From Octopus sinensis (Eukaryota), in the NCBI RefSeq assembly GCF_006345805.1, contig NC_043006.1, positions 23,002,001-23,066,000 on the forward strand: a stretch of 64,000 bases of DNA, given 5' to 3'. Positions within the stretch are counted from its first letter, which is position 1. Each line of letters opens with the position of its first letter. The translations under genes and the position numbers were made by a program. This document shows positions 1-11,912 of the stretch, in pieces. The notes beneath the pieces are model-generated. The model made no database searches. It saw nothing but the letters and a program-made list of their open reading frames with translations, and was not told the DNA's origin.

Positions 1-19
1 CTGGAAAAAAACATGGATG

Positions 20-885
20 ACATGGAAAAATGCGAGCAAGAGAAATAATATTCTTAAGAAAAGTATAGGACAAGTTATTACACCTGGAATAGTTTAGGAC
101 AAGTTATAACATCTGATAAAGTACAGAACAAAAAAATTTTTTACTTAAAATATTGCAGCTAAGGATAAAATTTGAATATTAAAAATTATTTGATTTTAAT
201 TTACAAAATAACATTATAATTATAAAAAAGGTACCATCATTTTGTTAGAATATTGACACACTGGAATACTTAAAACATGAGAGCCAGAAGTACCAATATA
301 GCTAAAGTTTAATGCAAAGTGGAGTATTATATATATGGTAAGCAAATTCATTATGAAATAAAAAGGCATTGGGTCAAGACTAAAAATGTGAAGACTTGGC
401 AATAACTGAACCAAATTTTACTGTGAATTTGTTGTTTCAGGTACTTATTTTTTTACAGATATGTAACTAACTTTTGTATTATTCCATTTATTGTACCAAG
501 TATGTACTACTATTATTTTTATAACCTATTTTCAAATTTCTATTTATTAATTAATAATTAAAAAAATGAATTTTTTTTAAGTTCAAAAAATATTCTAATT
601 GAGTTATTTTTTAATTTTTAATAGAAATAACAAGTAATAACAAATAGAAGTAATAACGTGTAATAAAATTTTTAGTTTTAATAAAAGCTGATATTTTCTA
701 AATCTCAATATTTTATTTGAAATTTTATCCTTAACTGCAATATTTTAAGTAAAAATTTTCTTGTTCTATACTTTACCAGATGTAATAAGCTGTCCTGAAC
801 TATTTCAAGTGTAAGAACTTGTCCTGTACTTTTCCAGGTTTATAATCTTAAGAATATTATTTCTCTTGCTTGCATTTTTCCATGT
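20..885. mobile_element. MITE-like element with ~165-bp terminal inverted repeats
   Basis: acatggaaaaatgcgagcaagagaaataatattcttaaga...tattgcagctaaggataaaattt (20-~190) is mirrored at ~700-885; AT-rich interior; TSD not identified. Confidence 0.6.
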
Positions 886-1199
886 AATATATTATGTAGA
901 TAGGCCTAAAATCCAAGCTGTGTCCTCTTAATGCACATCTGCTTATTCTAGTAATCCAAATTCCTATGTATATGCTATTGTTGTGTGAGGCACACATAAA
1001 AGTTGAAAATTCTGGAAAATATGTTTTGTAGAGCAATTATATATCAAAACAGGCAACAGGAAAAATTTGTGGCATTATTTATTCACCATTACATGTTTCA
1101 TTTGCAAAGAGGAGTTCCAAAATTGTTCATGTAGGAGAAATATGTAAGATATCTTCTATTAGAATTTTCTTCAGACAGAGACTCAAATAATACCTATTA

Positions 1200-1538
1200 C
1201 GGGTACCGAACCTCTTATCCGGAATCCAGAAATCTGGAATTACCAGAAATCTGGCTATTTTTGAAATTGGCTAGCTTTGAATTTCGTGGACTGTAGTAGT
1301 TTGCCATGTGGTTGCTTTGCTTTGGTTTCCATGGCGTATGCGTCACATGATGCCACATCAAAGAGACCCTACTTTAGAAATTTATTAATTTGTATGTGTA
1401 ATACAATTTTGTGCTTTACTTTTCATTGTTTATTTTATATTTTTGGTATATATTTAACCTGTGTCCAGAAATCTAGAAAATTTGGAAATCCAGATCACCT
1501 TCAATCCCAAAGTCGACAGAGAAGGGGTTTAGTACCTG
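1200..1538. mobile_element. pogo/Tigger-like MITE
   Basis: TIRs CGGGTACCGAACCTCTT / AAGGGGTTTAGTACCTG flanked by TA on both sides. Confidence 0.65.
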
Positions 1539-2134
1539 TATTTGATTCTCTGCCTGAAGAACATCTTATAGGAGATATCTTACATGTTTCTCCTACATGT
1601 TCAATTGTGTGAGTCCTATTAGTAAATGAAACATGTGTAATGGTGAATATTATCAAAACATTTTTCTAATCTCCAGCTGTGTGGTAAGAAGCATGCTTCA
1701 CAACCATAGTTCCAGGTTCAGTCCCACTGCATGGCACCTTGGCCAAGTGTCTTCTACTATAGCCTTAGGCCAACCAATGCCTTATGACGGAAACTGAAAG
1801 AAGCCCATCAAATATATATGTGTGCGTGCATGTGTGTGTGCATGTGTGTGTATGTGTGTGTGTGTGTATGTGTGTGTGTGTATGTGTGTGTATATATATC
1901 TGTGTGTGTGTATATATCTGTGTGTGTGTCTTTACGTTTGTGTCTGTTCCCCACCCCCACCATCACCGCTTCACAGCTGGTGTTATATCCCTATAACTTA
2001 GAAGTTCAGCAAAAGAGGCCAATAAAATAAGTACCAGGCTTAAAAAGTCCTAAGATTGATCTGTTCAACTAAAAACTTTCAATGCGGTGCTCCAGCACGG
2101 CTGCAGTCAAATGACAAGTAAAAGAAGAAAATAA

Positions 2135-2176
<42 letters not shown>

Positions 2177-2704
2177 AAAGTAAGATAGGGGTTATGAAAG
2201 TAACCCACTATGGGATATTAGTTATCCAATATACTGCTGGTAAGGTACCCAAATACTAAATGCTTTTAATTGCAATGCAATTAATTCATTTATTGTATTG
2301 AATGGGTGAAGGTAAAAAATATTTTTACCGTAAATTCATAATACGAATAAGAAAATGAAGAAACAAATTCATTTCAATCATCAACTTTCACATTATTTAT
2401 TAATTATACAAATGGGAACATCAAAATCGAACAAAACAATATACATCAATATGTAAAATAATAATAAAAATAATTACATATTGATGTATATTGTTTTGTT
2501 CGATTTTGATGTTCCCATTTGTATAATTAATAAATGATGTGAAATTGTAATATCCATAAGTTGATGATCGAAATGAATTTGTTTCTTCATTTTCTTATTT
2601 ATATATATATATATATATATAGATATATATAATGTGACCTCGTGTGTACCGGTGGCGATTTTTTTTCCTCTGTCCTCCCTTCTCTAGATCTTTCCTTCTC
2701 CTAT

Positions 2705-2739
2705 GTTTCCGACGAAGAGCTCTGCTCGAAACATTAAAC
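2705..2739 (+). ncRNA. Minimal hammerhead motif, same family as 19156, U4C
   Basis: gttt-CCGACGA-A-gagc(tct)gctc-GAAA-ca-T-T-aaac. Confidence 0.5.
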
Positions 2740-2858
2740 CCTCCTTCTTTCCTTCTTTCCTGAGCGTCCAATAATATTATATTTGTTCCACGTCCTCGCA
2801 TTGCTGTGTTTTTTTGTGCTTTCTTGTTTGGATTAACTATATATATATATAGTTGGAT

Positions 2859-2899
<41 letters not shown>

Positions 2900-3035
2900 G
2901 AGATGTACTTGCATAGCAAGTGATTTGATCTGTGATCGTGTGCTGAAACGAAAACAATTGCAGCGTGGAAGGTGTTTGTAAGCCATTTAAGAAACACACA
3001 AAAGCCGTTTGATTCTCTTCAACATTTAAGTTTAA

Positions 3036-3086
3036 TTTGTCAAAATATTTTCGTCGCTTTAAGACCACGACCTGTTCACTGACAAA
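3036..3086 (-). ncRNA. Minimal type I hammerhead motif, G3-C8 core variant
   Basis: tttgtca-GTGAACA-G-gtcgt(ggtcttaaa)gcgac-GAAA-atat-T-T-tgacaaa; 7-bp stem I, 5-bp stem II, palindromic AATATT stem III. Confidence 0.7.
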
Positions 3087-3129
3087 AATCCGTGCTGTTT
3101 ATATATATATATATATATATATATTTACA

Positions 3130-3172
<43 letters not shown>

Positions 3173-3219
3173 ACAATACGATGTATAATACATATAACAT
3201 CTGATTACAAAGATTAAGG

Positions 3220-3225
3220 TTTATT
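3220..3225 (-). promoter_or_regulatory. Candidate poly(A) signal of DPH7
   Basis: AATAAA on the minus strand 6 nt after the stop codon, followed by a (GT)n tract at ~3125-3170 that could act as a GU-rich downstream element. Confidence 0.55.
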
Positions 3226-3231
3226 ACTTGA

Positions 3232-3416
3232 TTAACTTTTAAGCTGATTATCATGCTGCCACTGCCAAAGCTGTAATGAAGAATCATAAAATGAACAGGA
3301 TGCTAAAACTTCTGAATCACAGTCATGAGGTACTGGCCTTTCTCCCTGGAACCAGTCAATGCCATAGGCGAGTATATCTTCATGGCAGTAATGTTCAACA
3401 ATGTTCATTTCTGCAT
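3232..3416 (-). CDS. DPH7: DPH7 coding exon 7 (terminal)
   Basis: Acceptor ttatag|AT; AEMNIVEHYCHEDILAYGIDW...LASCSFYDSSLQLWQWQHDNQLKS*, with the LAYG.DW and SCSFYD motifs; TAA at 3234-3232. Total CDS 1101 nt = 366 aa + stop. Confidence 0.92.
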
Positions 3417-3868
3417 CTATAATTTAGAAAGGTTAATTTTTACGAATAAATGCTGACAGAGGATCTTGGTGAAAGAACTAGAGAAGACAACACACTCTAC
3501 CAAATAATAAAGCATCAAAAAATAGGAAAAGTAATAATAATAATAATCTGAGTCTGAGACCCCCTTCGGTCATGACACTGACCATGGGATTGCACTTAGT
3601 TACCCTCCCAGGCACAAGTCCGGGTAAGATTGTTTATGGAAGACCAGTAGTCACCCATGCATACCGGCTTCCCCTCTCCATGCCACCAATGTTATCCAAG
3701 GGAAAGGCAAGGGCCGATACAGCTTGGCACCTGTGACATCACAACTCATTTCTACAGCTGAGTGAACTGGAGCAACGTGAAATAAAGTGTCTTGCTCAAG
3801 AACACAACATGCAGCCCAATTCAGGATCATAAGCTCGATGCTCTAACTACTGAGCCATGCGACTTCAC

Positions 3869-3899
<31 letters not shown>

Positions 3900-4259
3900 G
3901 TCCTTTCTACAATAGGCACAAGACCTGAAATTTGACTACATCAATCCCAGTGCTCAATTGGTACTTATTTTATCGACCTCCCAAAAGGATGAATGGTAAA
4001 GTCAACTTATTTCAAAGATGCCCAACCGAGAGACATGTCCAACTCTTGACTGCTTATTCCAGATTGACAATATCTTCTACTCATCTTGTAGGAACATCAG
4101 TCCAAGGATTTCCAGTTGTCTATAGTCCCTAAATCAAAAGTCCTCTCAAATAGGCTACTTATATGGACTTCACATATGCCCATTAACCTTATAGAATGCT
4201 AGTGTGGATGTTCTACCAACTGCATTATGTAACTAATAGACAAATGTGAGTACCTGACA

Positions 4260-5330
4260 ACATTCCAGATATCAAACATCCAATCTTGGTCTTTACTTGA
4301 CATACAACTCTAACATGATCAAAGAGACAATAGGTGGGAGAACAGACTTCAAGAATGGCAATCACACCTGTTTAACATAGAGGAATCTCTGTAGATGTCC
4401 CAGCTTCTGTGCATGCAGGCACATCATTAGCCACAGCTTGCTGAGCCTGCCATGCAAAGGGTTTGGGAAGCAGATAAACCTTCTAACCAGAGGAATATGA
4501 TCCTTCTATAAAAAATGAAAGGGCAAACACTCCAGCTTGGCCAGATGCAAATTGGAGCAAGTAATGATGGCCAAGTGATAATATGCAATGTTTGTAATAT
4601 ATGCATTCACCACTTCTGACCCTTTACAGATAGCTTCCTCTTGGACCATTTCTGGGTAAGATTGGTCACCTTGCCCTTAACCTTATCCCAGTTTCAATTC
4701 ACTCTGGACTGAATCAGACCCTAAGTACCTTAATCATATCATAATTCCAAGAACAGATGACACTAACATTGGCCAGCATGGACTTGCTTATCTGGGTTAC
4801 TTCAGTATGGTGCCAATCACCTTCATTTCAAATGTGTCCTACACTAACAATGGTGCTGTTCATATATGACAATATAGCTCACTTTCACTTCAGCTCAAGC
4901 AGGTTGCCCCTCAAAACCACCAGCTTCAGTAGTTAGTGGCTCAAGAGCCAAAATCTACAGAAATGACTGAAAAGGGACACATTCGACAGACTGCACATGC
5001 AAACCCAAATAATTTTGAATAGTGCCACCAATAAGCAGGATGATGTTGTACAATGTACTGATCTAACACCTGAACACTGGACTAAAATCAGTCAATGTGT
5101 GGCACAGCTGCTAGGACCAACAGCCAACCCTATCAAGTTCTTTTGATTAACCCAAGTTGATCAGTATCCCACCAAAGTCAGATCTAGACCCAATCTTCCA
5201 AATGAAGCATTGCATAAGGAGAAGGCTTTCCTAGATAGAGCTGTCACATGGGTTTATGCAGGCCTACTGACGCTATTTACAACAAGTACCAAACTCTTTA
5301 AGAGTTAAAGAAAAGAATCCCAACCATTAG
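4260..5330 (-). mobile_element. Highly degraded LINE reverse-transcriptase remnant (Tx1/L1-like)
   Basis: Frame-broken motif resembling S.RQGCPLS...ILALEPL at ~4920-4990; many stops. Confidence 0.4.
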
Positions 5331-5451
5331 AGAAAAAGGAAGATTCAATAATGAACAAAATCTGTGACAGACAAGGATTTCTATCAACAGTTGGGGTCAT
5401 TATATTAGATAGACAAATAGACTATTTGATGTATGAAATTATTAATCTTAC

Positions 5452-5627
5452 CAGCGGTATGAAATCCACAGTCAATAATGTGGAAACCATTATACATTGT
5501 TGCTGTAGCAATACAATTACCAGAACTAGGGTGCCATTTGATTCTCCAGATTCCACCACCAAGGGATTTAGATCTAAGTGGAGCCTTCATGCTGCGAGTA
5601 TCCCATAACATCAATTGTTCATCATAG
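5452..5627 (-). CDS. DPH7: DPH7 coding exon 6
   Basis: Acceptor tatttctag|C; YDEQLMLWDTRSMKAPLRSKSLGGGIWRIKWHP...MYNGFHIIDC; donor G|GTAAGA; 176 nt, phase 2->1. Confidence 0.93.
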
Positions 5628-7290
5628 CTAGAAATACATTATGAGAGAAAATGTGAGAAAGATTAATGAATACTCCCTCAATTATGATTAAATCACAAAA
5701 CATGGAGTAATAATGAACACTCCCTAAGCTACAGTTAAATTACAATACAAGGACTAATGATATCTGACATTCATACAAGACCACAAATATTGCTTTCAAA
5801 TGTTGGCACAAAGCCAGCAATACCAGGGGTGGGGTGTAGGTCAATTACATCAACCCCACTGCTTAACTGGTACTTATTTTATTGACCCTGAAAGGATGAA
5901 AGGCAAAGTTAACCTGAATGGAATTTGAACTCAAAATGTAAAGATGGACAAAATGCCACTAAAGCATTTTGCCTGACATACTAATGATTCTGCCAGCTCA
6001 CTGCCTTACAAAATCACAAATATTGAAGAAGGATCATCGTCAGTGTAACCAACCCTTATACCTGACTGACTCTTACTGATTATGAACAGCTGAAAGATAA
6101 TGTTGACTTTAGCAGAATTTGAACTTAGAATATAAAGAACCAAAAACAATACCACAAGCATTTTTTCAGATGTTCTAATGATTCTACCACCTTACCACCA
6201 CTAATAATTGATTCTAATTTAGGCACGAAGACGGTAGTCCTGAGGTGCAGCATTTAGTTAATAACATTGACCTCATAACTTGCTAGCACTTTATCAACTA
6301 CAAAAGGGTGAAAGGCAAAGTTGGTCCTATGTAAAATCATTTTTATCTTTATGAAGGGGTTGTCTGTATTAGTCTGGCCTCTAACTTTGACTTGTCCAGT
6401 ACAGGGAAGCCCTAGCAAAGCTCGCAGGATCATTAAGAAATGTATGTTTCAATGACCCTGCCTGGACTTTATGGTAGAATTAAAGAGGGTACTGAATGGT
6501 AAATGAAATTCCAGTAGAGGTCTGAAATAGTCTGGTTGAGACCACAATCCCTATCAATGAAAATATTGCATATACATTATTCATATTTTATATATAGCTT
6601 GCTTAAATGGACAGAACATACATGAGTTGGAAAAGATTGGCAAAACTATGATACTCTACAGCACAGAACTGCCCAGTATGCAACTCCTCTCTATATGGTA
6701 TGCTTTCTATGGGACTGAACTGTATAGAACTACCCTGTATGGTACCGGTCTCTATGAAGCTGCCCTCTATGAGACTGGTCTCTATGGTATTTACACTATG
6801 GTACAAACAGATGTTTGTACCATATGAGTTAATTTGTTTATAATTATTGCTTCCTAATTGAGAACTCATAAGATAGGAGATATTTAAATGTTGGTTAAAA
6901 ATCTATAAACATATTCTGCAGAAAAGTACATAATTGAGAACATTGTTATCACAGCAGAAATTTATACATCAATCTAGAAGTCGATAATGGTAGAGTTAAA
7001 AGCTTGTATATCTATGGAAGATATCTTGTTGGGAGGGAGAGAGGAAGAAAGAATTAGGGGAGGAGGGAAGAAGACAATTAAGAGAGAGAGAGAAACTGAA
7101 AAGGGAAATAGAGAATTAGGTCAAGAAGGAGAAGAAAGAGGCAATTAAAGTGAGAGGAGATAATAGGAATAAGGGAGAAAGGAATGAAGTATTTAATAGG
7201 AATAAGGGAGACGCTGTACTGATGTCAATGACCGCAGGAAGAAACTAAGCATCAACAGTAATTACATGCACTCACGTGTACATGCACATG

Positions 7291-7321
<31 letters not shown>

Positions 7322-9010
7322 GCTTACATACACACACACACAGAGTAGCTTACACACAAACACACACACACTCATGCACACACACAGAGTAGCTTACACG
7401 CACACACTCATGCACACACACAGAGTAGCTCACACATACACACACACACAAACACAGATAGCGGAAGCACACAGAAGCTTACACACATATACATACACAC
7501 ACTCATGTAAGCACACACATACATATAAGTAGAAGCACACACACACACATATATTCATCTATGGAGATTGTGTGTTCACACAGACAACGGAAGCAGTAAC
7601 ACCAGCTTGCAGATTCTCATTTGTGCATACACCCATATAGAAATAATACTAGGCATAAAATGTAAATGAAATAAATCAAAATATGATTAAAACAAACAAA
7701 AAAAAAAAAGATAAAAATGATAAAAATGAAAGCTAGAAGCATTCTCGTAAAGATATTCTGTAGAGCACATAAATAAAAATAGGTGAAAATAGGATCAGAG
7801 TTAGAAAGAACTTTGGTGGAGAAACTTTCATTTTGATCCCTCCATCTGAATCAATAGATAGATCAGGTCCGACCTACATCTGAACAGCAACACCTTACCA
7901 TAAGGTGACGTCAATTAAAGTCAAAAATAGAAATAAAAGAAATACAGGTGGAATCTGTTTTTTTCATTTTCCCACATAAATTTGCATTCAGATCATCAGA
8001 TCACATGTTTTATGAAGAATGGCTGTAACATACTTTACAGTTTGGCTATTTTGAAACAGTTTGAGGAATATAGCTTAAGTGGACAGAACATACATGAGTT
8101 GGAGAGGTTTGGTAAAGCTATGATACTATACTGCATAGAACTGCCCAGTATGGGACTGCTCTCTATATAGGACTAAACTGCATAGAACTGCCTGTGTGGT
8201 GCTAGTCTCTATGGGAGTGTCCTCAATGAGACCGGTCTCTATGGTATTCATTGATACAAACAGATGTCTCCTTTATGAGTTAATTTGTTCCTAATTATTG
8301 CTTGATAATTGAGAACTCACAAGGCAAGCAACTATTTAAGTTTGTGTAGTTAAGAAGGTCTCTTCTCAACCACACAGTTTTCGGTTCAGTCCCACATCAC
8401 AGCACCTTGGACGTTATGTCTTCTACTATAGCCTCAGGATGACCAAAGACTTGAGTAAATTTGATAGATGGAAACTGAAAGAAGCCTGTCATATATTCAT
8501 GCGTGCATGTGTGTGTGTGTCCTTGTCTTGACATCATGTGGAAGCTATAAATGAGCATCAGTCATACAAGCAATGTCCTTCGTTTTCAATTTTCTAGGAA
8601 AGCCAAAAGACCTCTAAACATCAGTACAATAAAGACACACAGCAGACGACTGGAGCATAAAAGACTAGAACTTGCAAAATTACTCAGAAATTACAACATG
8701 GATATCCTAGCAGTAGATGAACACAAAATGGTGTACAAAGATGAGAAAGAGTACACCCAGTTGGAAAAATGTCAGCTAATCACAACTTTAGCATGGAGGA
8801 ATGAGAGCAGAGCAGCATGCAGTAGTGTAGTAATCTTCCTTCATAAGAATGCTAAAATAGCACTCAGCAACATCACACTTGCCAATAAAAGAATCTTGAC
8901 TGAAAACTTTGGTGGAAACACAGCTACAACAGTCACTGTGCATTATACCCTTGAAGGCTCATGAGATGCAGGAGAACACTACAACAATCTTGCTGATGTA
9001 ATTCATTCAA

Positions 9011-9506
9011 TACCTATTTCTTTACTACCCACAAGGGGCTAAAAACACATAGGGGACAAACAAGGACAGACAAACGGATTAAGTCAATTATAGCGGCACC
9101 AGTGTGTAACTGGTACTTATTTAATTGACCCCGAAAGGATGAAAGGCAAAGTCGACCTCGGTGGAATTTGAACTCAGAACATAGCGGCAGACGAAATACC
9201 TATTTTTTTACTACCCACAAGGGGCTAAAAACACATAGGGGACAAACAAGGACAGACAAACGGATTAAGTCGATTATAGCGGCACCAGTGCATAACTGGT
9301 ACTTATTTAATCGACCCCGAAAGGATGAAAGGCAAAGTCGACCTCGGCGGAATTTGAACTCAGAACGTAGCGGCAGACGAAATACCTATTTCTTTACTAC
9401 CCACAAGGGGCTAAAAACACAGAGGGGACAAACAAGGACAGACAAATGGATTAAGTCGATTACATTGACCCCAGTGTGTAACTGGTACTTATTTAATCGA
9501 CCCCGA
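9011..9506 (-). mobile_element. SINE family B body concatemer (2 full units plus a partial third)
   Basis: Tandem ~185-bp units with B-box GAGTTCAAATTCC and core GTCGACTTTGCCTTTCATCCTTTCGGGGTCGA. Confidence 0.85.
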
Positions 9507-9525
9507 AAAAAAAAAAGCAAGCATA

Positions 9526-9935
9526 GGCGTAGGAGTGGCTGTGTGGTAAGTAGCTTGCTTACCAACCCCATGGTTCCGGATTCAGTCCCACTGCATGGCA
9601 CCTAGGGCAAGTGTATTCTACTATAGCCTCGGGCCGACCAAAGCCTTGTGAGTAGATTTGGTAGACGGAAACTAAAAGAAGCCTGTCATATATATGTATA
9701 TATATATATATATGCGTGTGTGTTTGTGTGTCTGTGTTTGCCCCCCTCAACATTGCTTGACAACCGATGCTGGTGTGTTTATGTTCCCATAACTTAGCAG
9801 TTCAGCAAAAGAGACCAATAGAATAAGTACTAGGCTTACAAAGAATAATTCCTGGGGTCGATTTGCTCAATTAAAGGTGGTGCTACAGCATGGCCGCAGT
9901 CAAATGACTGAAATAAGTAAAAGAATAAAAAAAGA
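9526..9935 (+). mobile_element. tRNA-derived SINE family A, full length
   Basis: A-box TGGCTGTGTGG, B-box GGATTCAGTCCC, internal (TA)/(TG) tract, tail ...CAAATGACTGAAATAAGTAAAAG. Confidence 0.88.
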
Positions 9936-10672
9936 GATATAACTGGTACATCTTGAAAAGGGATATGGATCTGCTGCAAATGTACAGTGTTACAGTAAAG
10001 AACCGATTTGTTGCACCATAAAATGGTTTGGAGTCAATAACCAGCCTATACGAACACTTCATCACAGCTAACAGAGAAGTGAAAGAACAAATGATACCAG
10101 CAAAGAAGCACCGTTCAAAGAAAAGAATATCAGCTGAACCAAGAGTTATTACGGAGATGTACTTGCATAGCGAGTGACTTGATCTGAGATCGTGTGCTGG
10201 AACAAAAACAATTGCAGAATGGAAGGTGTTTATAAGCCATTTAAGAAACACACAAAAACCGTTAGATTCACTTCAACATTTAAATTTAATTTGTCAAAAT
10301 ATTTTCGTCGCTTGAACAGGTCGCGGTCTCAAAGCGGTTTGTTAAATGGCTTATAAACACCTTCCACGCTGCAAGAGTTGTTACATCCAGGTAAAATGTG
10401 CAAAGAGCATTTAACTGCTACCAAGAGATTCCTAACAAAGAACACAGGCTGGAATTACAAGCTACCAAAACCACTCTTCAAAATGCCTAACACACCATTG
10501 AGGAAGAGGAATTAGACTGCATAATTGATCAAGTCAAGGCAGCAGATGCAAGTTCACTGCACAGAGAAAGCTGTAAATTGATCAATGAGATAAGCAGAAG
10601 GAAAGCAGCAAAGTTGGGCATCATCCATAGAAACAGAGAGTGACTAAGACAAGAACTTCATGTGAAACATAC

Positions 10673-10738
10673 CTTCCTGTAGCTAGGATATGTGGTAGCT
10701 TAGGGTTGCTCTGTATACTGCATACTCCCATTGAATGG
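10673..10738 (-). CDS. DPH7: DPH7 coding exon 5 (missed by ORF track)
   Basis: Acceptor ttttttctttacag|C; HSMGVCSIQSNPKLPHILATG(S); donor AG|GTATGT; 66 nt, phase 2->2. Confidence 0.92.
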
Positions 10739-11912
10739 CTGTAAAGAAAAAAATAGTTAAGCTGTTAATCTGCTAGTTTGTTAATCCATTCATTAAATAC
10801 AGAAGGGATTGTCCATATAACTGGTATTTCATTCGTGTTCATAGGCATAAGCGTGGCAGCGTGGTTAAGAAGTTTGCTTTGTGATCACGTGGTTTGGGGT
10901 TCATGTGTGTGTGTGTGTGTGAGAGTGTGTGTGTGTGTGAGTGTGTGTGAGTGTGAGTGTGTGTGTGTGTTTTTGTGTTTGCCTTTGTGTTTATCACCAC
11001 CACCACTATCACTTGACAACTGGGTTGATTTGTTTGACTAGAGCCTTCAAAGCAGTACCCCAGCGTGGCCACAGTCTAATGGCTGAAAGAATTATCTGAC
11101 CTAAATAGTCTTCCTGTTTTACTTTCAAACTGGCCAGATCCAGCCTCTCACACCTCTCCTACAATGTCATTCTAAAAATAAACACTCACATCATCAAACT
11201 CTCAAAGCTATGAGATTTTGTTGAGGGCATGACCTCCTTTCTAGTACTGGTACCATGATAAAACACACCAAGATAAAACGCACTCAGGAAAGTGGTTAGT
11301 GATTGAGGGGAGATTTTTACTCCTTTTGCTGCTTTTGCGAATTCCCATGACTCTCTGCCACCATCCAATTCCATTATTATGAATTTGAATTGGAAGCTTG
11401 AATCATAATGAATCTTATATTAGTTGATGACACAATAATCCATCTATGGATACATTGCAGTTATTCTCTTCATCGAGCTTGGTGATTGTGACCATTGACC
11501 TAAGATTTCTCTGCTCAGCATCAATATAAGAAGCACCATGGGCTTTGTTGAGCTCTTCCACTATCTCTACCCAATCTCCCATGCTGCAGTCCCATGACTT
11601 AGCCATATCTCTGGCAGGGTGGCTGAACAGGTGCCATGCCTTGCTAAAGTGCAGCCTGTAACTACACAGGGTACAGTCATTACTCCTTTTTTTTTCAAAT
11701 AACACTGTGATAAGTGAACTCTTCGGTTTTGCTGAGGACAAATCAACCTCTCTAATGCTGGTGCCATGATAAAATGCACCCAGTACATTCTGTAAAGTGG
11801 TAGGCGTTGGGAAGGGCATCCAGCTGGAGAAATTAAATTCAAACTGAAACAGATGAATAAGATGTGGTTTTCTGACTTATCTAGGAGAGCAATAACTTTT
11901 AAGTAGCAGATA

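Larger units (their letters stand above)
8590..10655 (+). mobile_element. RTE-type LINE remnant (endonuclease and linker) interrupted by SINEs and a hammerhead-family repeat
   Basis: ORF 8551..8964 has APE motifs (MDILAVDEHK, RILTENF); the linker continues at 9936-10145 and 10379-10655 (YEHFITANREVKEQMIPAKK...). Confidence 0.7.

Noticed and set aside
220-414. ORF as a further DPH7 exon or separate gene
   Set aside because: DPH7 already ends at 3232; the ORF lies inside a MITE-like element and has no recognisable motif.
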